Positions 45,433 to 55,611 are shown, numbered from the stretch's first letter. The stretch is DNA of 64,000 nucleotides from Elusimicrobiota bacterium (GCA_046153645.1 JBJXGI010000103.1:1-64000); one strand, 5' to 3'. Notes: generated by a model not told the origin, from the sequence alone. Made by a program: numbers and translations.

Positions 45433-47022
45433 GTGGATTTTTTCGCACAGTTAAAGCAGTATTTTGACAAGCTATCGCTTGGACAAAAATTAATGACCGT
45501 TGGGGTTTTTATTAGTGTCTCAGCGGCTGTTTTTTTACTTTCGTATGTTTTAAAACAAGATGGTTACACTGTCTTGTTTGCCCGTCTTTCCCCTGAAGAC
45601 GCTTCTCAAATTGTTGAGCAGTTGAAGAATGAGAATATCCCTTATCGCCTGAGCGATTCTGGTCGCACTGTTAATGTTCCTACCGCTCAAGTTTATGACC
45701 TTCGTCTCAAAATGTCTGGGGCTGGTTTACCAAAAGGAGGGCATTCCGGTTTAGAGTTGTTTGATAAAGGCAGTGTCGGAATGACTGACTTTACTCAACA
45801 AGTTAATTATCAAAGAGCGATTCAAGGGGAATTGAGTCGAACGATTAGTGAATTGCAAAATATTCAACACGCCAGAGTTCATATTACTTTTCCTGATGAG
45901 TCCTCTTTTCTAGAGGAAGAAAAAGCCGCTTCAGCTTCCGTCGTTTTAACTCTTCAACCAGGCGCTGTTTTAGATCAAAAACAAATACAAGGTATTGTGA
46001 ATTTGGTTTCTGGCGCTGTGAAAGGATTAAAACCGGAAAATGTCACTTTAGTTGATACTTATGGGAATTTATTAACCAAAAGTGGAGATGATCAATCTCT
46101 CTTTACCGGGGCCGATAATTCACTGAACTTGCGAAAAACCGTTGAAAATTATTTGGAAGGAAAGGCACTTTCCCTTTTGGAAAAAGTTTTAGGGCCAGGA
46201 AAATCTGTGGTTAAAGTAACAGCCATATTAAACAATCAACGCATTCATGAACAAACAGAAAGCTACGATCCCAATGGCACAGTTCGAAGTGAACAAGTTT
46301 CAAAAGAAGCGGCGGGAACTTCGCTCAAAAATTACGAAGTGGGAAAAACCGTCCGTGAAGTGGTGGGAACTGCTGGGAATATTGAAAAACTTTATATTTC
46401 CGTTGTGATTGATGGAATCGTTAAAGTCGATGATGAAAATAAAAGTAATACAACGGTTATTCCACGAACAGAAGAAGAATTAAACAACTATAAACAATTG
46501 GTCATGCAGGCCGTCGGTTTTAGTGAAGAGCGTGAAGATCAAATTGATATTAAATCCATTCCATTCGATCGTGAGCATAAAGACAATATTTCCAAACAAA
46601 TGGAAGAACAAGAGAAAGCAGTTGCAAAAACAAAATCGCAAGAAAAAATAATGTCTTTGGCGGGAAAAGGAATTATTTCTCTTTCAATGATCGTGATTGT
46701 TTTCATGACGTTAAAAACCATGAAGAAGTCAGTATCAGAGCAAAAGTCATCAATTCCTGCTTCCTCGGTTCCGCAACTAGGAAATGTTCCTGTTTCTGCA
46801 CCAGCGTTGGCAGGATCTCGTGATGTCTCTATCCCGGTTTCAGCATCGACGCCCTCAATGCAAATGGAAAGTTCTAGGCAAGAGCCTTTGGCTTTGGAAG
46901 CGCCTGTACAAGAGCAAAGAATCCCTGTATCAGCGGAATTGGGCATTGAAATTTTGAAAGCGGCAAAAGAAAACCCGGAAGAAGTAGCTCGCACTATGCA
47001 GCGAGCTTGGATAAAAAAATAA
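45433..47022 (+). CDS. fliF: MS-ring protein FliF
   Basis: GLELFD...TDFTQQVNYQRAIQGELSRTI; ASASVVL; AVGFSEEREDQI. Confidence 0.96.
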   Translation: MDFFAQLKQYFDKLSLGQKLMTVGVFISVSAAVFLLSYVLKQDGYTVLFARLSPEDASQIVEQLKNENIPYRLSDSGRTVNVPTAQVYDLRLKMSGAGLPKGGHSGLELFDKGSVGMTDFTQQVNYQRAIQGELSRTISELQNIQHARVHITFPDESSFLEEEKAASASVVLTLQPGAVLDQKQIQGIVNLVSGAVKGLKPENVTLVDTYGNLLTKSGDDQSLFTGADNSLNLRKTVENYLEGKALSLLEKVLGPGKSVVKVTAILNNQRIHEQTESYDPNGTVRSEQVSKEAAGTSLKNYEVGKTVREVVGTAGNIEKLYISVVIDGIVKVDDENKSNTTVIPRTEEELNNYKQLVMQAVGFSEEREDQIDIKSIPFDREHKDNISKQMEEQEKAVAKTKSQEKIMSLAGKGIISLSMIVIVFMTLKTMKKSVSEQKSSIPASSVPQLGNVPVSAPALAGSRDVSIPVSASTPSMQMESSRQEPLALEAPVQEQRIPVSAELGIEILKAAKENPEEVARTMQRAWIKK

Positions 47023-47034
47023 GAGAGGTCAGTT

Positions 47035-48063
47035 ATGGTAGAGAATAATTATTACAAAGCAGCAGTTTTTTTGAGCAATCTTCCTGATGAACAATGCGTT
47101 GAAATATTGAGAAGTTTTGAAGAAGATGATGTTGAGAAAATTTGCCAAGAAATGCTTTCTTTAGCTGAAGTGAATGAAGAAACCAAAGCGGGAATCATTA
47201 AAGAATTTCAAGAGACGATGAAGGGGAATAATTCTCCGATGAAAGCGGGGGCAGAGTATGTTCAAGGGATTTTGGCCAGGGTTTATGGGGTTCGCCGCTC
47301 TGAATCGATGTTGAGTCACATGAAAGAACATTCAGAATCAAAAGTAGATTTGGATACGCTCATAGGAGAGATAGGGACTGCTTTTGCTGTTGAAGAAATA
47401 AAAGAAGAACATCCTCAGGTGGTGGCGGCTATTTTAACTTCTATTTCTTATCAAAAAGCATCTACCGTTGTCGCCGCTTTACCAGAAGATATGCAGTGCG
47501 AAGTATTTAGAGCCATGGGCCTTTCAAAACCAATGCCAGCTGATTTGGCTAATAAAATTAAACAAGGCCTCATTCAAAAACTACTGAAAAGAAAAAATAG
47601 TGGGACGTCTTTTAAAAAAGAAGGAATTCAAGGGTCCGCTGAAATATTGAGTTTATTGCCTTCTGAAAAGTCTCGAAAAATTATTGAGTCTATTAAGAGT
47701 AAAGATCAAGATTTGGGAATTTCTATTGAGAGCGCTATTTTTTCTATAGATGATCTTGTGAAATTAGAAGATCGTGACGTTCAAAAAATTCTGGCCAAAG
47801 CCGACCAAAACGCGATGAAATTATCACTTCGATTATGCGCAGAAGAAACCAAAGAAAAAGTATTTAAGAATATGTCAGAGCGCGCGGCAGGAATGTTAAG
47901 AGATGATATTTCAGTGATGGCCCCACAAAAAAGAGACGTTATCATTGAGGCACAACAAAAATTAATCGACATTATTCGGAAGTTAGATGAGGCCGGAGAA
48001 ATTAAGATTCCAAGACCACAACAAGCCAATAGTAGCCAGCCCGCGGAATCTACTTTGGTGTAA
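47035..48063 (+). CDS. fliG: Motor switch protein FliG
   Basis: KAAVFL, EHPQ, NMSERAAGML, AQQKLI. Confidence 0.93.
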   Translation: MVENNYYKAAVFLSNLPDEQCVEILRSFEEDDVEKICQEMLSLAEVNEETKAGIIKEFQETMKGNNSPMKAGAEYVQGILARVYGVRRSESMLSHMKEHSESKVDLDTLIGEIGTAFAVEEIKEEHPQVVAAILTSISYQKASTVVAALPEDMQCEVFRAMGLSKPMPADLANKIKQGLIQKLLKRKNSGTSFKKEGIQGSAEILSLLPSEKSRKIIESIKSKDQDLGISIESAIFSIDDLVKLEDRDVQKILAKADQNAMKLSLRLCAEETKEKVFKNMSERAAGMLRDDISVMAPQKRDVIIEAQQKLIDIIRKLDEAGEIKIPRPQQANSSQPAESTLV

Positions 48064-48065
48064 AT

Positions 48066-48377
48066 GTGAGTTTAGATATGAATATAAAAAAAGAAGAAGA
48101 ATTAACCGGTCGGATCATGAAAAAGGTTCAAATTATGGAGGTTCCTTATGTTTTTGGAGAGAAGGAACAACAAAAGTGTTTATGTTCTCCCCACTCTTTA
48201 GAATCGTTTAAACAACTTGAAGAGAAAATTAAAACGCTTGAATTAAAAATTTATGACCTTGAACACAGTCGTTCCATAACAATCCATAAAACCAAAGAAA
48301 AATTTTCACCGGAGCTCATCCGAAAAATAAAACCGTTGATCAAAAGACAGAGAAGAAAAGCTTTGGAGTGGAGATAG
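48066..48377 (+). CDS. Small protein resembling the N-terminus of the adjacent FliH
   Basis: GRIMKKVQIMEVPYVFG versus ARIVKKTEITSDPYKVG; followed by a coiled coil. Confidence 0.5.
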   Translation: MSLDMNIKKEEELTGRIMKKVQIMEVPYVFGEKEQQKCLCSPHSLESFKQLEEKIKTLELKIYDLEHSRSITIHKTKEKFSPELIRKIKPLIKRQRRKALEWR

Positions 48378-49006
48378 ATTTTGTGTTTGCTCGAATTGTC
48401 AAAAAAACTGAAATTACTTCAGATCCATATAAAGTGGGGCATGTTGAAGTCAAAAAAAAAGGACTTCTTTTACAGGTTCTAGAAAAGCATCGTCCAAATG
48501 AAAATCCCCATGAATATGTTAAAGCCATGGAAGAAAAAATTATTGATTTAGGTTTGAGATATCTGGAAACAAAAGCCAGTCAAGCCATTGAGTTTGAAAA
48601 AAATCAAATGATCATTCAGTTACAAGAACAAATGGAAAGTGCTTTAGATGAAATGAATGAGGGTTTGGTTGATCTGGTTATGGATATAGCTGAAAAATTT
48701 TGCCGAAAAAAAGCATCAGAAGATAAATCAATTATTCAGGCATGGGTCAAAGAAGCGTTGTCTCGTTTGGGTCAAGAAAAATCAGTGACAATGCGATTAA
48801 ATCCTTCTGAGGCCGAAATTATTCAAACCATGAAACAAGAAATTCTTGAGTCCCGAGAAGGATTGAAAGAATTAATAATTCAGTTTGATCCTGAAATGGA
48901 ACAAGGAGGGGTGGTTGTGACGGGTGAAACGATGGTTGTTGATTCAAGTGTCAAAACGCGCCTCAAAGAAATCAGGCACAATTTAAAAGGTCAGCATGAA
49001 AGTTAA
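48368..49006 (+). CDS. fliH: Export ATPase regulator FliH
   Basis: LVDLVMDIAEK, MRLNPSE, DPEMEQGGVVV; precedes fliI. Confidence 0.85.
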   Translation: MEIDFVFARIVKKTEITSDPYKVGHVEVKKKGLLLQVLEKHRPNENPHEYVKAMEEKIIDLGLRYLETKASQAIEFEKNQMIIQLQEQMESALDEMNEGLVDLVMDIAEKFCRKKASEDKSIIQAWVKEALSRLGQEKSVTMRLNPSEAEIIQTMKQEILESREGLKELIIQFDPEMEQGGVVVTGETMVVDSSVKTRLKEIRHNLKGQHES

Positions 49007-50315
49007 TTTAGAAAAGTTAAGAACACAATTACAAAAAGTTGACCCTGTTCGGTCTTTTGGTCGAGTCAAACGTGTTATTGGTGGAATGATTGAGGGTAAA
49101 GGATTGAATTTGTCTATCGGAGATCTTTGTGAGATACACTCACAAAGTGAAGATCGATTTATTCTAGCCGAAGCCGTTGGCTTTAGAGACGATAATATTT
49201 TTCTCATGCCTTTAGGAGAATTACGTGGAATTAGTCCTGGTTGCTTATTTGAAAAATCTAAGGGAATGGCCAAAGTCTCTGTTGGCCCACAACTATTGGG
49301 TCGTGTCCTCAATGAATTCGGTCAGCCTATCGATAATAAAGGTCCCCTTGTCTGCGATGAGCGTCGCCCCTTTTATAGATTTTCATCCAATCCGCTAAAA
49401 CGGATTCCCATTCGAGAGCCACTTTTGACAGGTGTTCGAGCTATCGATGGTGTTCTTACTTGTGGAAAGGGGCAACGTTTAGGAATTTTTGCGGGGAGCG
49501 GGGTTGGAAAAAGTGTTTTGATGGGAATGTTAGCGAGGAATACATCTGCTGATGTGAATGTGATTGCCATGATTGGAGAAAGAGGGCGAGAAATTCGGGA
49601 ATTTATTGAAAACAATTTAAAAGAAGAAGGCCTTAAAAGATCGGTCATTGTCGCGGTTCCTTCTGATCGGCCTCCGATGGCGCGTATTTATGCGGCATTG
49701 GCCGCTACTTCCATTTCGGAGTATTTCTGTGAACAGGGAAAAGATGTCATGTTAATGATGGATTCTTCCACCCGTGTTGCGATGGCCTTAAGAGAAGTGG
49801 GACTGGGAATGGGAGAAGCACCCACGTCGAGGGGATACACCCCATCTGTGTTTACGTTTTTGCCAAAACTATTGGAACGCTCAGGAAATTTTGAAACAGG
49901 CAGCATCACCGCTTTTTATACTGTTCTTGTAGAAGGAGATGATATGGACGAGCCAGTTGCTGATACCATGCGTTCTATTCTTGATGGTCATATCGTGTTA
50001 TCAAGAAAAATCGCTTCGCAGAATCATTTTCCTGCCATTGATATTTTACAGAGTATTAGTCGTTGTATGACGGACGTGACATCGATAGCTCACAGAAAAT
50101 CAGCCAATCGTTTAAAAGAGTTGTTGGCCATTTATCATGACACAGAAGACTTAATTAAAGTTGGGGCTTATGTGAAGGGCAACCAAAGTAAAGTTGATGA
50201 AGCGATTTCAAAAATCGACCGGATCAACTCTTTTTTAATGCAAGGGATTGAAGAAAAAATGGAATTTAAAAATTGCTTACAACAAATGGCGGACCTTTCA
50301 AATGAAAAAATTTAA
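48996..50315 (+). CDS. fliI: Flagellar export ATPase FliI
   Basis: GIFAGSGVGKS, IGERGRE, GSITAFYTVLVEGDD. Confidence 0.97.
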   Translation: MKVNLEKLRTQLQKVDPVRSFGRVKRVIGGMIEGKGLNLSIGDLCEIHSQSEDRFILAEAVGFRDDNIFLMPLGELRGISPGCLFEKSKGMAKVSVGPQLLGRVLNEFGQPIDNKGPLVCDERRPFYRFSSNPLKRIPIREPLLTGVRAIDGVLTCGKGQRLGIFAGSGVGKSVLMGMLARNTSADVNVIAMIGERGREIREFIENNLKEEGLKRSVIVAVPSDRPPMARIYAALAATSISEYFCEQGKDVMLMMDSSTRVAMALREVGLGMGEAPTSRGYTPSVFTFLPKLLERSGNFETGSITAFYTVLVEGDDMDEPVADTMRSILDGHIVLSRKIASQNHFPAIDILQSISRCMTDVTSIAHRKSANRLKELLAIYHDTEDLIKVGAYVKGNQSKVDEAISKIDRINSFLMQGIEEKMEFKNCLQQMADLSNEKI

Positions 50316-50766
50316 CTTTCGTCTTGATCGATTTCTCAAGATTAAACTGGCATTGGAAAAAAATCAATCCTTTGCTATCCAACGCATAGAAAATCATGTG
50401 AATCAAAAGAAACAAGAACAGGTAACACTTGAGAAAATATTAGAGGATTATCAAAGAATTGAACAATCTCAATCTAACAGCGATATTAACCTTCCTAAAA
50501 TTGTCGCCATGATGGCTTATATGGAATTAATAGACACGCGTGTTTCTTCAAAAAAAGAAGAAATAAATAAACTTCAAGCAGGTCTTATTTCTGAAAGAAA
50601 AAAATTACTTTATTTAATGCGTGAGAGAAGAGCTTTAGAAAGTTTAAAAGATAATTTTTTCCTCACCTATAAAAAAGAAATTTCCAAAGAATTTCAAAAA
50701 AGACTGGATGATTCCTGTAAAAACAAATCACAGGAAGAAGAGCAGAGGTTAAAAACCAATGGATAG
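50302..50766 (+). CDS. fliJ: Export chaperone FliJ
   Basis: MKKFNFRLDRFLKIK; ERRALESLK; EFQKRLDD. Confidence 0.88.
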   Translation: MKKFNFRLDRFLKIKLALEKNQSFAIQRIENHVNQKKQEQVTLEKILEDYQRIEQSQSNSDINLPKIVAMMAYMELIDTRVSSKKEEINKLQAGLISERKKLLYLMRERRALESLKDNFFLTYKKEISKEFQKRLDDSCKNKSQEEEQRLKTNG

Positions 50767-51490
50767 TTTAAAGAGTTTAGCGCCGAGGGTTCTTTTGTGG
50801 ATTTTATGTGTTTGTGTTCCTGCTTCTGTGGGTCTAAGGTTATTTGATCCTCCGAAAATGCAGGTCATCATTCCAACGGTCAATCCTCTATTGGAAGTCA
50901 ACCTTGAAGAAGAAATTCATTCAGAAGAAAGTGAACCAGAAACAATGACTCCTGGAAAAGCGCTTAGCATGAAAATTGCTGAAGAGAAAAGTGTAGCGGA
51001 ACAGTTAAAAGATAAGGGGTTATCCCCTGAGATTGATAAGTTGGTGGCCTATCTTTCTCAATCGCACGCGGAACAAATGGTGACACTAAAAAAGTATTTA
51101 GAGCAAGCGGATATTTTAAGGAAACAATTAGACGCACAAAATAAAAAATGGGAAGAAAATAAAGGAAAGATTGAAATGATCTTGGCAGTTCAAAAACAAC
51201 ATGACGAGCAGTTTAAAACACTTCTCCAAAAAATTAATGAAACCGATTCCAAAGTGGGAGAAAAAGTGAAAGGTGATCAAGCTAATATGGATAAGATCAC
51301 AAAAATGTATTCAACCATGCCCGCAGAAAATGTGGCCAAAATAACTGAAGATATGGACATGGATTCTGTTGTCGAAATATTTTCTCAAATTAAAGACAAG
51401 GATTTGGTCAAAATTATTCAGGCACTCCCGCCTAAGCGAGCTGCATCGATCACTTTAAAAATGGCGGACTTTTCAAGGAAAAAGAAATGA
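50759..51490 (+). CDS. MotE/FlbB/YlxF-like protein (TM, coiled coil, MgtE_N-like repeat)
   Basis: KMYSTMPAENVAKI...IIQALPPKRAASIT; after fliJ. Confidence 0.8.
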   Translation: MDSLKSLAPRVLLWILCVCVPASVGLRLFDPPKMQVIIPTVNPLLEVNLEEEIHSEESEPETMTPGKALSMKIAEEKSVAEQLKDKGLSPEIDKLVAYLSQSHAEQMVTLKKYLEQADILRKQLDAQNKKWEENKGKIEMILAVQKQHDEQFKTLLQKINETDSKVGEKVKGDQANMDKITKMYSTMPAENVAKITEDMDMDSVVEIFSQIKDKDLVKIIQALPPKRAASITLKMADFSRKKK

Positions 51491-52839
51491 AATTAGAAAA
51501 TTCAGAAATCATTTCAATATCACCACAGATTTTGGCACCCTCTAAAAATTTTGATAATTCCTTAAATAAAAATGAGAAGTTTGAAACATCTTTTAAAACT
51601 GTTGTTGAAAAACAAGAAATGAAACCTTCCAATGCTCAAGCCGAAACATCAGAAAGACCTCGTGGACTTAAAAATTCACCCAGAGCGGAGAAAGATAATG
51701 AATCTCATGAGCCCGCGACTGATGATCAATTAACCGTTTCAATAATTCCAGTGATTACTCCGATGATTATTCCAGTCCAAGAGGTTTCAGTTGATCTTAT
51801 TGTGGCGGCGACTCTGCTTTTAGAAATAACCCCCGTTCAGAATGTCATTGGTGAAGAGAAAGACGCCCTAAATTTAAATACTTCAACACTCCTCATGATG
51901 AACATCAATAATGAAGCTGAGACTGTTCATTTGCAACAAAAAGTAGCTGAAGGTAATCAAGTCGGTCTTGCGCTTGTTTCTGAACAGAAAAATCCGGTGA
52001 TGGAGAGTATAAATAAATTATCCGCTAAGACAGATTCTGAAAAAGTTTCTTTAGAAACAACGAATGTGGATGAGATTGTGATTCCACAAAAAACCTCGTC
52101 TAGCCAAGCGGTTTTGGATCAGTTAAGAATCTTTGAACCTGAAACCGAAAATAGCTTGCCCAGTAATAAAAAAATAAAAAACGAAGAACAAGGTGAAATC
52201 GAACCTTCAGTTGAGTTTCAAAATGTCGACATGAAAGTTGAGGGGGCCACTTTAAGAGAGTTTAATAAAACTGATTTTGATTTTTCATTTCTGAATCAAA
52301 ATAAAAATACTTCTTCTGAAATTTCACATTTTCTCTTTCAAACTCCCAATCCCATAAAAGAGAATTCGGTTTTTTCGTCCCCTGCTTCAGGTGAAGTTAT
52401 GATTAAAAGTCATCTGCCAACTGAACAGAAAGTTGTAGATCAAATTATTCAAAAGTTTTCTGTTATTCAACAAGCAGGACAATCTCAAGCGCAAATTGAG
52501 TTAGAACCCAAAGAACTAGGAAAGTTAAAGATGGTTTTAACAATGGATCAAGACTCCGTGATCGTAAAATTCAATGTCGAAAGTCAAAGAGTTAAAGAAA
52601 TTGTTCAGGCTCATTTACCGCAATTGAAAGATTCTTTGTTAGAGCGGGGGTTTACCGTTGAAAGATTTGATGTCGCGATGATGGCCAGTGGTCACAACAT
52701 GGATCACTCAGGTGATAAACATCAAGGGCCAAAGATGCCAATCCCCTACCGAAAGTTTGATGTTAATGAATTTGTTAACAATGAAATGATGAGCGGAGTT
52801 GTTAATTTTGAAAATCGCAGAGTAAATGTTTTTGCTTAA
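51487..52839 (+). CDS. fliK: Hook-length control protein FliK
   Basis: Low-complexity N-terminus; IELEPKELGKL...LPQLKDSLLERG. Confidence 0.92.
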   Translation: MKLENSEIISISPQILAPSKNFDNSLNKNEKFETSFKTVVEKQEMKPSNAQAETSERPRGLKNSPRAEKDNESHEPATDDQLTVSIIPVITPMIIPVQEVSVDLIVAATLLLEITPVQNVIGEEKDALNLNTSTLLMMNINNEAETVHLQQKVAEGNQVGLALVSEQKNPVMESINKLSAKTDSEKVSLETTNVDEIVIPQKTSSSQAVLDQLRIFEPETENSLPSNKKIKNEEQGEIEPSVEFQNVDMKVEGATLREFNKTDFDFSFLNQNKNTSSEISHFLFQTPNPIKENSVFSSPASGEVMIKSHLPTEQKVVDQIIQKFSVIQQAGQSQAQIELEPKELGKLKMVLTMDQDSVIVKFNVESQRVKEIVQAHLPQLKDSLLERGFTVERFDVAMMASGHNMDHSGDKHQGPKMPIPYRKFDVNEFVNNEMMSGVVNFENRRVNVFA

Positions 52840-52857
52840 TTTTAATAGGAGGAAAAT

Positions 52858-53250
52858 ATGATTGATTCACTTAATGGGTTTACACCCTCAATACCAGATG
52901 CTCCCAACCCAGGCAGAGAGCTTGATAAGGATGCTTTTTTAAAATTGTTGACTGCCCAAATTCAACATCAAGATCCTCTCAACCCCACTGATCAAAATGA
53001 AATGTTTGGCACATTGTCGCAAATGACTCAAGTTGAGCAGATCACCAATTTGAATAGCAATGTTTCGAGCCTTCTTCATACCAATCAGTTGAATTTAATT
53101 GGGAAAGAAGTAGCTGCTTTAGATGATGAAGGAAAAGCCATTCAAGGAATCGTTCAAGAGATTGCCTTTGTGGAAGGAGATTCTTTTATGTTGATTGATG
53201 GGAAAACTGTTTCAATCAAAAACCTCTTAAGTGTGACAATTCCAAAATGA
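52858..53250 (+). CDS. flgD: Hook-capping protein FlgD
   Basis: LDKDAFLKLLTAQIQHQDPLNP. Confidence 0.95.
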   Translation: MIDSLNGFTPSIPDAPNPGRELDKDAFLKLLTAQIQHQDPLNPTDQNEMFGTLSQMTQVEQITNLNSNVSSLLHTNQLNLIGKEVAALDDEGKAIQGIVQEIAFVEGDSFMLIDGKTVSIKNLLSVTIPK

Positions 53251-53531
53251 TAGACGGAATTTTACCATCATTAAGTGGTGCCATACGATTTACACAGCAC
53301 GCGCAACAAAGATTAAAGTCTGATCAAGTAAATCTAACAGTATCCGAAATAAATCGCATTCAAGGAGGAATGGATAAAGCGGCAGAAAAAGGAGCCAAAG
53401 AATCACTTTTGTTAATGGAAGATAAAGCTTTTATCGTCAATGCCAAAGATCGTGTAGTGATTACGTCTATTAATCGAGAGCGTCTGAGAGAAAATGTTTT
53501 TACGAATATTGACAGTGCAGTAATAATTTAA
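53247..53531 (+). CDS. Flagellar operon protein (TIGR02530-like)
   Basis: IRFTQHAQQRL...KAAEKGAKESLLL...NVFTNIDSAVI, between flgD and flgE. Confidence 0.9.
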   Translation: MIDGILPSLSGAIRFTQHAQQRLKSDQVNLTVSEINRIQGGMDKAAEKGAKESLLLMEDKAFIVNAKDRVVITSINRERLRENVFTNIDSAVII

Positions 53532-53539
53532 AAAATAAA

Positions 53540-53565
53540 AGGGCCGGACCCATCTGGGAGGCCCT
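53540..53565 (+). promoter_or_regulatory. Structured leader motif upstream of flgE
   Basis: AGGGCC-GGA-CCC-ATCT-GGG-A-GGCCCT. Confidence 0.6.
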
Positions 53566-53586
53566 CCAATACAGGAGGAAGTTCAT

Positions 53587-55611
53587 ATGATGCCAGCACT
53601 ATTTTCAGGAGTTTCAGGTCTTAAGAACCATCAATTCCGTTTAAATGTTATCGGTAATAATCTGTCAAACGTTAATACCATCGGTTATAAATACAACCGG
53701 GTTACGTTTAGTGATCTTGTATATCAAAATGTCCGTGACGCTTCCGCTGCGCAAAATGGTTTGGGTGGAACCAATCCTGTTCAAATGGGCTTGGGAGCGT
53801 TGGTTAATACTGTTGACATGATTAATTCTCAGGGGAATTTAGAGTCAACTGGCAAATCAACTGATTTGGCCATTCAGGGAAATGGTTATTTTGTTTTAGG
53901 TGATGATTCCAATCGTTATTACACCCGCGCTGGAAACATGGCCATTGGTGTTGACGGCACACTTTTTAATCCTTCCAATGGTTTAAAATTTATGGGTTGG
54001 AAAGCTTCTAATGGCGCCATTGATACTTCTAATCAAGTTGAAGATGTGAGTATCCCCATCGGGCAAGCGTTAGCCGCTCAACCTACTTCAAATCTTGTGA
54101 TGGCAGGGAATTTAGATGCGACAGGAACTATTTCTCTTGGAACAATCACTCAAACCCCTGTTTTATTGGCAAAAGCAACGGGTAGTGATTTAGCCACACT
54201 TGCTAAAAATGGTCGTGGGATAAGTCTTGGTTTAAACGTTGGCGATGTTATTAACATTACAGGAAATGTGGGAGGAACTGCGATAACAGGTCAAACATTA
54301 ACCGTGACAGCTTTAACGAGTGTTGATGATATTGCCGCCGCTTTACAAGCAGCTCTTCAAAGTGTTCCAGATGGTGACGCAAGTGAAACCGCCACAGTTC
54401 AGGCCGATGGTTCAATTCAAGTGGTATCGGATGGATCCAATGACATTACAGCACTTCGAATGGGAATTTCCGGGAATAGTGTTTTAAATGGCGCTTTTGC
54501 CTTTCCTTCAACAATTGTTGGCGGTGGCAGCACTGGAAATTCTGATACTTTAATGGCAGCAGCTGATGGGACCGATGCACTTGTTGATTTGTTTGATGCG
54601 ACAGGAAACAGTATTGGTTTGGTTGCAGGGGATGATGTCACTCTTATTAGCGCCATTTCAAAAGGTTCATTGATAACCAATGTCAATATTCTCAGTGATA
54701 TTACCAACGGAACAACCTATGAAACCTACAAAGATGCATTGAAATCAGCGCTCTTCACTAGTTTCCCCTTATTTGGGGAGGATATGACGGTTGAATCGGA
54801 TGGATCTTTAAAATTAACGGGTGCCGTTGGAGCTAGCAATGCTGTGACAGGGCTTGAACTGGGTGCCGGCCCAACTCCTGGGGGCGATGTCCGAGATACG
54901 TTCGGAGCTTCTCAAGTATTTGTTCAATCTCAAGCCGCTGTTGACGCCACTTCATTTCGTACAACAGGACAGGTTTTTGACTCTTTAGGAAACACTCATA
55001 CCGTAAATATTACTTTCACTAAAACAGTTAACAATACTTGGGATTGGTCCGCGAGTACGGGGGGAGCGACAGTTGGTTCAGGGGTATTAAATTTCTCAAG
55101 TACTGGAGAAATTTTAAACTCAACTGGTGCGCTAACGCTCAATTTGAATAACGGAGCAACAACCCCGTTGGTTATTTCGATTGATTTTGGTACCGCTACA
55201 CAATTCGGTGGAAACTCTTCTCTTGTTGTGACAAGTCAAAATGGAAACGAATCAGCAACTTTAAATAATTTCTCTGTTGGTCAAGGGGGAGATATTACCG
55301 GGATATTTTCTAATGGAAAAAATATTTTATTGGGGCAATTATCCGTCGCTACTTTCCAAAATCCAACCGGTCTTATTCGAGAAGGAAGAAATTTACTTTC
55401 TGAATCACCCAACTCAGGAGTGGCGTTTGTTGGAGTCCCAGGGGTGGGTGGGAGAGGAACATTTGTCGCTGGAACATTAGAAATGTCTAACGTGGACGTG
55501 GCGCGTGAATTTACTGACATGATCATCACTCAGCGTGGGTTTCAAGCCAATGCGAGAGTGATTTCAACGTCGAATGAGATGTTAGAAGAGCTGGTCAACC
55601 TGAAAAGGTAA
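53587..55611 (+). CDS. flgE: Hook protein FlgE (long form)
   Basis: LFSGVSGL...GNNLSNVNTIGYK; FDSLGNTH; LEMSNVD...QRGFQANARVI. Confidence 0.96.
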   Translation: MMPALFSGVSGLKNHQFRLNVIGNNLSNVNTIGYKYNRVTFSDLVYQNVRDASAAQNGLGGTNPVQMGLGALVNTVDMINSQGNLESTGKSTDLAIQGNGYFVLGDDSNRYYTRAGNMAIGVDGTLFNPSNGLKFMGWKASNGAIDTSNQVEDVSIPIGQALAAQPTSNLVMAGNLDATGTISLGTITQTPVLLAKATGSDLATLAKNGRGISLGLNVGDVINITGNVGGTAITGQTLTVTALTSVDDIAAALQAALQSVPDGDASETATVQADGSIQVVSDGSNDITALRMGISGNSVLNGAFAFPSTIVGGGSTGNSDTLMAAADGTDALVDLFDATGNSIGLVAGDDVTLISAISKGSLITNVNILSDITNGTTYETYKDALKSALFTSFPLFGEDMTVESDGSLKLTGAVGASNAVTGLELGAGPTPGGDVRDTFGASQVFVQSQAAVDATSFRTTGQVFDSLGNTHTVNITFTKTVNNTWDWSASTGGATVGSGVLNFSSTGEILNSTGALTLNLNNGATTPLVISIDFGTATQFGGNSSLVVTSQNGNESATLNNFSVGQGGDITGIFSNGKNILLGQLSVATFQNPTGLIREGRNLLSESPNSGVAFVGVPGVGGRGTFVAGTLEMSNVDVAREFTDMIITQRGFQANARVISTSNEMLEELVNLKR

